The notes under the pieces are model-generated. The model was not told the DNA's origin. It did no database searches and saw only the letters and a program-made list of their open reading frames with translations. From NCBI GenBank assembly GCA_001766815.1, contig LYOS01000004.1, forward strand, positions 73,610-105,609: DNA of 32,000 nt. Reading direction: 5' to 3'. Positions within the stretch are counted from its first letter, which is position 1, and every line of letters starts with the position of its first letter. Positions 1-6,732 of the stretch are shown here, piece after piece. This DNA comes from Candidatus Syntropharchaeum caldarium. Its GTDB lineage: Archaea > Halobacteriota > Syntropharchaeia > Syntropharchaeales > Syntropharchaeaceae. The position numbers were made by a program, and so were the translations under genes.

Positions 1-234
1 AAGCCTGTGAGCGGTCCTGCTGGAAAGTTCATGGATGCACTGGGTATCGATGTCTCCTCAAAAGGGATACTTGATCTTTACCACGAGATTGTTGATATAT
101 TCATACACGACATAAGGGACGAATGCGAACTTACATGTGATTCGTGTGATATCCTGAGGGCTGATACGATGATGAGCAATATCGATCGAGCAGAGGCGTT
201 TGCCAGGTTTGTCTATGAGGTAAGCTACAATTGA
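1..234 (+). CDS. cofD: 2-phospho-L-lactate transferase (CofD, F420 biosynthesis), C-terminal fragment; the 5' end lies outside the window
   Basis: The frame is open from base 1 (KPVSGPAGKFMDALGIDVSSKGILDLYHEIVDIFIHDIRD...RADTMM). The pattern SGPA.K.M...G..VS..G...LY....D.F..D..D....DT.M matches CofD C-termini as I remember them. The stop is TGA 232-234. Confidence 0.6.
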   Translation, partial: KPVSGPAGKFMDALGIDVSSKGILDLYHEIVDIFIHDIRDECELTCDSCDILRADTMMSNIDRAEAFARFVYEVSYN

Positions 235-1316
235 GGGCGATTTCAATCTGTGAACTCAAGGTTGAGCTTCAGAGTCTTGGTGTGAGAACAGAAGGGGATA
301 AAAGGGGTAGAAAGAGTGGTGCAGGCCCTGCAGCAGGTATGGTTCTACTATTTGATAATGGTTCGCAGGTGAATGTTCCAACGATGAGCTGGTTTGTGGA
401 AGATTCGCCATATTCGCTTCATCCAATCGCCGAAGATCGATTTATCCTCAAATACAAAGAAGAGGAGATTACCACAGTTGCTGCACCACCGATTCCGCGT
501 TTTTACAGCCTGAAAACCGCATCAGGTATCCCCTACTGGAAGATTGCACTCCTTCATGGGAAGGATTGCCTCTCAACGACCGTGCTCCAGCACTGTATCC
601 ACTGGAATACAAAAGATGTCTGCAAATTCTGTGCCATCGGGTTATCACTTAGAGAGGGCAGAACGATCGCAAGAAAGAGGCCCGAAGATCTGGCAGAAGT
701 CGCAAAGCATGCAGTTGAACTCGATGATGTGAAACACGTCACACTCACAACAGGTTCAACCAGGGATGAAACGAGATGTGTCAAAATTCTTAAAGATGCG
801 GCATCTGCCATAAAAGAGGTTGCAGATCTCGCAATCCACGTACAGCTTGAACCACTTGAGAATACTCAGCTATTCCATGAACTGAAAAGTGCGGGTGTTG
901 ATACGGTCGGGATTCATATCGAAAGCTTTGACCATGATGTACTCAAGGTTATGGCGCCATGCAAGGCGAAACTCGGCTTTGATCGCTACATAAAGGCGTG
1001 GGAAAGTGCAGTTGAGATTTTTGGAGCTGGAGAGGTTAGCACGTTTATAATCGCAGGGCTTGGAGAGAGTGATCGCTCGATCATCGAAGGTTCAGCGAAG
1101 CTTGCGTCGATCGGGGTCTATCCATTCATTGTGCCGTTAAGACCGATTCCAGGCACACCACTTGAACGTTTCGCACCGCCTGAGCCAGCGCGAATGTTAT
1201 CGATATACAGTGAGGTTGCCAGATTGTTGAGAGATTATCGTATCTCGTGGAAAACCTCCCGTGCAGGTTGTGTGCGATGTATGGCGTGCTCTGCAATGGG
1301 GGATTTCGAGCTGTGA
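231..1316 (+). CDS. Radical SAM domain protein of unknown function, with atypical cluster-Cys spacing and a C-terminal CxxCxxC
   Basis: 361 aa. The TTG start overlaps the cofD stop (TTGA). The Cys motif is C122-x8-C131-x2-C134 (HCIHWNTKDVCKFCAIG) followed by a TIM-barrel-like core (VTLTTGS, GVDTVGIHIESF, FIIAGLGES). The C-terminal motif is GCVRCMAC. The N-terminal ~110 aa extension contains GRKSGAGPAAG. Confidence 0.7.
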   Translation: MRAISICELKVELQSLGVRTEGDKRGRKSGAGPAAGMVLLFDNGSQVNVPTMSWFVEDSPYSLHPIAEDRFILKYKEEEITTVAAPPIPRFYSLKTASGIPYWKIALLHGKDCLSTTVLQHCIHWNTKDVCKFCAIGLSLREGRTIARKRPEDLAEVAKHAVELDDVKHVTLTTGSTRDETRCVKILKDAASAIKEVADLAIHVQLEPLENTQLFHELKSAGVDTVGIHIESFDHDVLKVMAPCKAKLGFDRYIKAWESAVEIFGAGEVSTFIIAGLGESDRSIIEGSAKLASIGVYPFIVPLRPIPGTPLERFAPPEPARMLSIYSEVARLLRDYRISWKTSRAGCVRCMACSAMGDFEL

Positions 1317-2230
1317 GAAGATGTGATAAGTGCAACTCTGATGCGATCATCTATCAACGATACTCAGGTATGCATCTCTGCGAGAGTCACTTCAAGGAAG
1401 ATCTTCGAAGAAAGATCAAAAAAACAATCAGAAAGCACAGGATGATAAAATCAGGTGATAAAATTGCTGTTGCCCTGAGTGGAGGTAAAGACAGTTTTTT
1501 ACTTCTAAAGATACTTCACGAGATCATAGCGGTAAGGCCTGATGTTGAGCTGATCGTGATAAGTGTTGATGAAGGTATCGAGGGCTATCGTGACGAGATT
1601 TTAAGTAGAGCATTGCGGTTCGCAGATGAAATGGGCATTCAATCGAGAATAGGTAAGTTCAAGGATGAATTTGGTGTGACCATGGATGAGATTGTAAGGC
1701 AGGACTTTCCCGAGGCACCCTGCTCATTCTGTGGGGTATTCAGGCGGGCGATCTTAAATAAACTTGCAAAGGAGAATGGAGCAACAAAAGTTGCAACAGG
1801 GCACAACCTCGATGACGAGGCTCAATCAATACTTATGAACTATCTAAAAGGAGATATAGACCGTCTCGCACGCCTTATGCCAGAAAGATCGGTAGATGGA
1901 TTGATTCCGCGAATAAAACCACTTCGAGAGATACCAGAGCGAGAGATCACACTCTTCGGAATTCTGGAAGGTTTTCCAACCTCTGTCAGGAAGTGCCCTT
2001 ATGCAGATGATGCGTTTCGCTCTGATATGAGGGAGGTTCTGAATATCCTTGAGGATGACCATCCTGGTATCTCCTACTCACTTATGCGTGGCTTTGATAA
2101 GATACGAGAGCTTCTTCCAGCTTCGGCCGTAAAGATCGAGCAATGTGAGACCTGTGGTGAGCCGTCGAGCGGGAGGGCGTGTAAGGTGTGTGAGTTCAGG
2201 GGGAGGGTTGCAGTTTATGGAAAAGATTAA
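1313..2230 (+). CDS. ttuA: TtuA/NcsA-type PP-loop ATPase (tRNA 2-thiolation family, Fe-S dependent)
   Basis: PP-loop AVALSGGKDS and GHNLDDEAQS are present. There are N-terminal (CDKC...CESH) and C-terminal (CETC...CKVC) zinc-finger pairs. Candidate cluster Cys residues are CSFCG and KCPY. I prefer GTG 1313 as the start: it overlaps the upstream stop as GTGA, has GGGGGAT about 9 nt upstream, and gives the N-terminus M-RRCDKC typical of the family. The ORF track starts at 1247. Confidence 0.75.
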   Translation: MRRCDKCNSDAIIYQRYSGMHLCESHFKEDLRRKIKKTIRKHRMIKSGDKIAVALSGGKDSFLLLKILHEIIAVRPDVELIVISVDEGIEGYRDEILSRALRFADEMGIQSRIGKFKDEFGVTMDEIVRQDFPEAPCSFCGVFRRAILNKLAKENGATKVATGHNLDDEAQSILMNYLKGDIDRLARLMPERSVDGLIPRIKPLREIPEREITLFGILEGFPTSVRKCPYADDAFRSDMREVLNILEDDHPGISYSLMRGFDKIRELLPASAVKIEQCETCGEPSSGRACKVCEFRGRVAVYGKD

Positions 2231-2235
2231 ATAAG
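2221..2235 (+). promoter_or_regulatory. Candidate BRE/TATA promoter of tRNA-Tyr
   Basis: AAAAGATTAAATAAG is centred about 29 nt upstream of the tRNA 5' end at 2259. The same AAAGATTwAA core precedes tRNA-Val and tRNA-Arg. Confidence 0.45.
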
Positions 2236-2258
2236 AACTCGAAGATTTTTAGAGCGTG

Positions 2259-2377
2259 CCCGCCTTAACTCAGCTGGCCAGAGTGCGCGGCTGTAGTAAG
2301 ATCATGTAACATCAGTTACACAATACCGCGACTTTGCAGATACCGCGATGTCCCCGGTTCGAATCCGGGAGGCGGGA
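2259..2377 (+). tRNA. tRNA-Tyr (GUA) with a 45-nt intron (2297-2341) at the canonical 37/38 position
   Basis: Hand-folded. The acceptor stem is CCCGCCT/AGGCGGG with C1-G72 and A73 (archaeal Tyr identity). The D stem is ACTC/GAGT. The anticodon stem is CGCGG/CCGCG, with loop CU-GUA-G then A after intron removal. The T arm is CCCGG-TTCGAAT-CCGGG. The bulge-helix-bulge has a 4-bp helix (C32-U35 with 2336-2339) flanked by the 3-nt bulges AG|U and AU|A. Confidence 0.9.
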
Positions 2378-2381
2378 TAAA

Positions 2382-2401
2382 CCCCTGGCTAATGCCGGGG
2401 G
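2382..2401. terminator. GC-rich hairpin between convergent tRNA-Tyr and the Pcc1-like gene
   Basis: CCCCTGGC-TAAT-GCCGGGGG forms an 8-bp stem (one G-U pair) with a 4-nt loop. It lies 5 nt after the tRNA 3' end and 3 nt from the stop of the minus-strand gene. Confidence 0.3.
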
Positions 2402-2403
2402 TA

Positions 2404-2622
2404 TTACTCTTCTCCAAGCTCTTCTATCTCGGTGGCAATCCGCAAATTACTGAGATAATCATCGAGTGATGCTATCGCTGAAGCTATCCGATCAAAAGTA
2501 AATTTGACAGTAATCCCCCCTTCACTACTTGATGTTATAATATTTGGTGTATTATCTGGCTCAAGTGAGGAGACAGCTCTGCCAAATCGCTCTGCGAGTG
2601 TTAACTTTATTTTGAGCTTCAT
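2404..2622 (-). CDS. Small Pcc1-like protein (possible KEOPS subunit Pcc1)
   Basis: 72 aa. The layout A..SLEPD...(beta segment)...F.F...A.A..SLDDYLSNLRIATEIEE resembles archaeal Pcc1 (compare P. furiosus ...ALRGTVNSYLRWIKAAIDV, from memory). The ATG overlaps the stop of the upstream radical SAM gene (ATGA). Confidence 0.45.
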   Translation of the reverse strand: MKLKIKLTLAERFGRAVSSLEPDNTPNIITSSSEGGITVKFTFDRIASAIASLDDYLSNLRIATEIEELGEE

Positions 2623-4046
2623 TCAACCCCTTTTGCAAATTTTTTCTCAAGCCTATCGCGGTGTATTGTATTGTATGTGCAGAATGGGATCACCCTGCCG
2701 TCAGGTATAACATAGTGGATGCCACATCGCCTAACACGTTCAAGATCAAAATTATATGCATCCTGAAAGTGCATCGCACCAATAAACAGCGATTTGCTGT
2801 GAAATTCAGCCAGTGCCGCCGTACTTCCTTCTTTGATGATGTTTACTATGAGTTTTACAATATCCACCTTGATAGGAGATTTTTCTCGATCTACAAACTG
2901 TGGAATCTTCTCTATGAGGTCCTTAACTGTCCTGAGGTGACCTCCAAGACCATGAACATGCGTCGCCTCTTCCTCGAATAGCTCCATCAGCCCCTCCACA
3001 TCGAGGAAACGTGTGATCGGAATGTAGTGATCCCCTTCTACAAAAATATAGGTTGCGGCCCCGCAGTGGGGGTGGACTGTGAATTCAACTCCTGGCTCAC
3101 CGTGCCATCGCTCGACCAGGTGAGAGATCGGGAGTACAAATGGGACAGGATAGAAATCGTCTTTTGTGATCGCACCATCAGTCTGCGTTTCAACAAGCTG
3201 CATGAAATCAGGTATCGTGATCCGTTTTTCCTGACGCTCATCGAGATCAACCCTCCCAGAAAACGAGATCGGCTGGACATTTATTCCTCTGATAACATCG
3301 GTATTTGATGTGGCAAATTTAATCATTGGTCCGATCTGATCATCGTTCAGCCCCTTTGCGAGTGTCTGGACGAGTACGATACTTTTGATTCCGCCTTTCC
3401 TGCAGTTCTCAATCGCTCTCAATTTCACAGGGAGTGCGTTGTAGCCACGAAGTTCGTGATATACCTCCTCTTTAAGCCCATCAAACTGGAGATACACTGT
3501 GTTCAAGCCTGCAGCGCGTATTTTTTTTACAAAATTAAGATCATTTGCAAACTTGACCCCATTTGTTGCCACCTGGATCTGTGAGTAACCAAGTTCTTTT
3601 GCCATCTTGATAATGTCTGGCAGGTCATTTCTCAGTGTTGGCTCTCCACCCGCAAACTGAACCGCTAAACAACCAACAGGCTTCTCATTGCGTGGAATCC
3701 TGAGCATCCTTTCGATATCTTCAATTGCTGGCTCAACCACGTAGTTGGCTACTGCTGCATTGGCAAAGCATGTTGGACATCGCTGGTTACAGCGGTTTGT
3801 GAGATCTATATTTGCAAGAATGGTGGTGGTAAGGTGTTCAGCACACAACCCACAGTCATAAGGGCATCCTTCTCGCTCCCCCACCATCGGATTTAATACC
3901 CCTGTGCCATCCACTTCAAATTCTTTAAATCTGTAAAAAGATGTAGCATCCGACCAGTATAAGTCCTCAAAGTCCCCATCCTCGGGACATCGTTTTTTTA
4001 TCAGGATCTTTCCCTCTTTTTCAAAAATCTCTGCATCAATCACCAT
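2619..4046 (-). CDS. Radical SAM enzyme, COG1964 / tetraether lipid synthase (Tes, GDGT-MAS)-like; the true start is probably upstream of 4046 (see findings)
   Basis: 475 aa from the first ATG. The radical SAM motif is CNQRCPTC. An additional Cys cluster is CPYDCGLCAEH. The N-terminal segment IDAEIFEKEGKILIKKRCPEDGDFEDLYWSD is typical of this family as I recall it. Family assignment is from memory of homologues, not a search. Confidence 0.6.
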   Translation of the reverse strand: MVIDAEIFEKEGKILIKKRCPEDGDFEDLYWSDATSFYRFKEFEVDGTGVLNPMVGEREGCPYDCGLCAEHLTTTILANIDLTNRCNQRCPTCFANAAVANYVVEPAIEDIERMLRIPRNEKPVGCLAVQFAGGEPTLRNDLPDIIKMAKELGYSQIQVATNGVKFANDLNFVKKIRAAGLNTVYLQFDGLKEEVYHELRGYNALPVKLRAIENCRKGGIKSIVLVQTLAKGLNDDQIGPMIKFATSNTDVIRGINVQPISFSGRVDLDERQEKRITIPDFMQLVETQTDGAITKDDFYPVPFVLPISHLVERWHGEPGVEFTVHPHCGAATYIFVEGDHYIPITRFLDVEGLMELFEEEATHVHGLGGHLRTVKDLIEKIPQFVDREKSPIKVDIVKLIVNIIKEGSTAALAEFHSKSLFIGAMHFQDAYNFDLERVRRCGIHYVIPDGRVIPFCTYNTIHRDRLEKKFAKGVE

Positions 4047-4192
4047 CTGACAGATGGGACAAATTGATCTCGTCTTTATATTATCACCTTCCCTGCACGC
4101 GATACCAATTATAGATTTAACGATATTTATATATACCTGTTGCTTCTTAATGTTTAGGTAGGAAATAAAAACTGCATAGATAGGAAGTTGAA

Positions 4193-4537
4193 ATGGCCGA
4201 AAGTGAAAATCTCCTGGAAATTATAAATAGTTTCTTCGACAAGATCGGTTTTCGTGATAGCGAGTCGAAGATCTATGCACTACTTATTGAAAAGAAGCGT
4301 CCGCTCTCGGTGAGGGAGATCTCAGAGGAACTTGGTCTCTCGGTCAGGACGGTGAGGGAAAAAGTGAGAACATTGTGCAATAAAAACCTGCTGAAACGTG
4401 AGGTTGTAGAGAAGAAATGGCTTGAGTACAGGTACCGGGCAAAATCACCAAAAGAGGTCTGGTCGATTGTAAAGAGCAGGATGGAACGTGCGATCGATGA
4501 TATTGAAAAGGAATTCAATCGCAATTCAGATAAATGA
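4193..4537 (+). CDS. TrmB/MarR-like winged-helix transcriptional regulator
   Basis: 114 aa. The N-terminal segment GFRDSESKIYALLIEKKRPLSVREISEELGLSVRTVREKVRTLCNKNLL matches the TrmB-type HTH pattern. The stop is immediately followed by the GT2 ATG (TGAATG). Confidence 0.6.
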   Translation: MAESENLLEIINSFFDKIGFRDSESKIYALLIEKKRPLSVREISEELGLSVRTVREKVRTLCNKNLLKREVVEKKWLEYRYRAKSPKEVWSIVKSRMERAIDDIEKEFNRNSDK

Positions 4538-5890
4538 ATGCAAAGGATACGAGGGGATGGAATGAACAGGATCGATTATGCAAGGATTTTTGCGGTTGAC
4601 AGGATTGTGTATGGGATTTCAACGCTTATACTGCTCTTATCTGGTGTTCTTGCTGGAAAAGCGCTACAGAATATTGAGCTGTCGAGTTTTGGTTTAAATG
4701 AGAGCTACTTTGGTTATATCGGGGCGATCATCGTCATCATCTCTCTTTACTTTGTTTGCAGGTTCTTCAGAGTGGAAACTCCACCTGATATAGAGAAGTA
4801 TGAACCTGTTACGATCGTTGTGCCCGCTTACAACGAAGAAAAGGTGCTTGAAGGATGTATTGAACACCTTATTGAGGTTGACTATCCAAAGGATCTCCTT
4901 GAGATTATGATCGTCTATGAGCCAGATTGCAGTGACAGAACGGGGGAGATTGCAGTTTCACTCGCAGAGAGGTATGATAATGTGTATGCGATTGAAAATC
5001 ACGGTCTCTATCAGGGTACAAAGGCAGGAGCGCTCAATCTCGCACGAGAATATGCAAAAGGCAAGATCATTGGTGTGTATGATGCAGATCATCATGTCGA
5101 GAAAGGAGTTGTCAGGCGGGCTGTCGGCTGGTTCAACCTGGATCAGAAGATCGGTGCGGTAGATGGGAGCTGTTCTGTGCGAAATCGAAGTTATGATCTT
5201 GGCACGAGGTTTATCGGGTGTGAGATCGCTACAGGGATCGATCTTATCCGATTCATCGAAGATCAGGTGGTGGGGAGTCATTTCATCTATGGCTCAAACT
5301 TTTTCATACGCCGTGATGTACTCGATGAACTCGATGGTTTTGATCCGAGTGTTGTTGGTGAGGATAAGGAGATGGGAATGCGCCTCATTGATCGCGGCTA
5401 CAGGATAAAACTTGATCTCGGGATGCGAAGCTGGGAACAGGTTACAACAGGCTTCATGGCGTGGTGGAATCAGCGAAAACGGTGGGATAGAGGAAGATTC
5501 CAGATATTGAGTAAGTACCTCCCAAATCTCTTTGATAGGGGATTGAAAACAAATAATATCAAACGTGCATATCCTTTTCTTCTCGTTCAGGTTTTATCCT
5601 ATCCGCTTGGTCTTATCGGTATTGGATTTCTCGCTTTTACGTTCTATGTAGCACTGACAGATCCTTTTCTTATCATCTTTTGCTTCCTTCCACTTATTCT
5701 ACTCTTTCTTGGGAGGAGTATTCAGGATATGCGATATGGAATGGCTGACTGGAAAGATCTGCTGATCTCATTTGTGATGCCGTTTTACATCTATTCGAGG
5801 GCTTTCATAGGATTTAAGGCGATGTGGGAAGAGATATTTAGTATTGAACCGCGCTGGATAAAAACCAAACGTACAGAAGAGGTAGTATGA
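4538..5890 (+). CDS. Integral-membrane family 2 glycosyltransferase with QxxRW motif (processive beta-glycosyltransferase type)
   Basis: 450 aa. Two N-terminal and about four C-terminal hydrophobic helices flank a GT-A domain. The motifs are IVVPAYNEE, YDADH, GEDKEMG and NQRKRW (QxxRW). Confidence 0.75.
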   Translation: MQRIRGDGMNRIDYARIFAVDRIVYGISTLILLLSGVLAGKALQNIELSSFGLNESYFGYIGAIIVIISLYFVCRFFRVETPPDIEKYEPVTIVVPAYNEEKVLEGCIEHLIEVDYPKDLLEIMIVYEPDCSDRTGEIAVSLAERYDNVYAIENHGLYQGTKAGALNLAREYAKGKIIGVYDADHHVEKGVVRRAVGWFNLDQKIGAVDGSCSVRNRSYDLGTRFIGCEIATGIDLIRFIEDQVVGSHFIYGSNFFIRRDVLDELDGFDPSVVGEDKEMGMRLIDRGYRIKLDLGMRSWEQVTTGFMAWWNQRKRWDRGRFQILSKYLPNLFDRGLKTNNIKRAYPFLLVQVLSYPLGLIGIGFLAFTFYVALTDPFLIIFCFLPLILLFLGRSIQDMRYGMADWKDLLISFVMPFYIYSRAFIGFKAMWEEIFSIEPRWIKTKRTEEVV

Positions 5891-6732
5891 GCACAGTTAC
5901 AAAAACTCGTATGGTGGGACATTACCAGAACTTCAGGGTTATTGACTGGCGAACGTACATTGCGATGGCGTTATTTGGGTATATCATTGCAGGAGGAGTG
6001 GCTGTTATCTTCGACCTCCCGACACTCTTTCTCGTACTGACAACATCTCTCTATCTTGCGTTTGCATTCTCTGTGAACAACTGCTTTGACCTCAAAGAGG
6101 ATATCAAATCAGGTAAGAAAAACAACCCGATCGCAGTCGGTCTGATTGGGTTCAGGGAGGCACTGATCATCTCATTGAGTACTGCGGTTCTTGGAGGTGT
6201 GATCTCCTACATCTACTTTGGTGGGATAGCATCTGTGATATTTATATTGCTTCTGATCCTTGCGTTTGCATACTCAGCACCACCCCTGAGACTCAAGGCA
6301 CATCCCCCATTTGATACGATATCACATGGGCTATTCTTTGGATCGCTTCTATTCCTCTATGGTTATGCGATACTCGCGGCTCCATCCTCTGTTGTACTCC
6401 TTATCGCACTATCGATCTTCGTGTATTCAATTACGATCGAACTCAAGAATCATATAAATGATTATGAATCAGATCTTGCTGCAGGGACGATCACAACCGC
6501 GTGCTGGCTTGGAATTGAACGAACAAAGCAACTCTTCCTCGTTCTTCACGGCCTGCACTTTCTCATACTCTTTGCTATCCTGTACATCTATTCAAGGACA
6601 TATCTTCCATATATCGTAATTGCGATGCTCCTTATCTGGATAATGGCACCCGAAATTGAGAAGAAAATACCCGCATCCGATGTGGCGGCCGTTTTTCCAT
6701 ATCTGGGAATTTTGTTGAGTTATATCCACTGA
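5887..6732 (+). CDS. UbiA-superfamily membrane prenyltransferase
   Basis: 281 aa and polytopic. The first Asp-rich motif is NNCFDLKED (NxxxDxxxD) and the second is NDYESD. The start overlaps the GT2 stop (ATGA). Confidence 0.7.
   Translation: MSTVTKTRMVGHYQNFRVIDWRTYIAMALFGYIIAGGVAVIFDLPTLFLVLTTSLYLAFAFSVNNCFDLKEDIKSGKKNNPIAVGLIGFREALIISLSTAVLGGVISYIYFGGIASVIFILLLILAFAYSAPPLRLKAHPPFDTISHGLFFGSLLFLYGYAILAAPSSVVLLIALSIFVYSITIELKNHINDYESDLAAGTITTACWLGIERTKQLFLVLHGLHFLILFAILYIYSRTYLPYIVIAMLLIWIMAPEIEKKIPASDVAAVFPYLGILLSYIH

Noticed and set aside
1247-1312. The upstream ATG (1247 or 1277) as the start of the TtuA-type gene
   Set aside because: It would add 12-22 residues overlapping the radical SAM gene, ahead of the family-typical N-terminal zinc finger. 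GTG 1313 has an SD-like GGGGGAT and a GTGA stop/start overlap. This is not excluded, only judged less likely.
2297-2341. Possibility that the tRNA-Tyr intron encodes a C/D box sRNA (as in some archaeal tRNA-Trp introns)
   Set aside because: There is no RUGAUGA C box or suitably placed CUGA D box in the 45-nt intron.
4047-4192. Treating the long open frame upstream of the Tes-like gene (back to about 4192) as coding
   Set aside because: Beyond the CPIC knuckle and the SD at 4083-4092, the upstream translation (QLPIYAVFISYLNIKKQQVYINIV...) is AT-rich promoter DNA. It contains a TATA-like ATATTTATATATA, shared with the divergent regulator gene, and no start codon.
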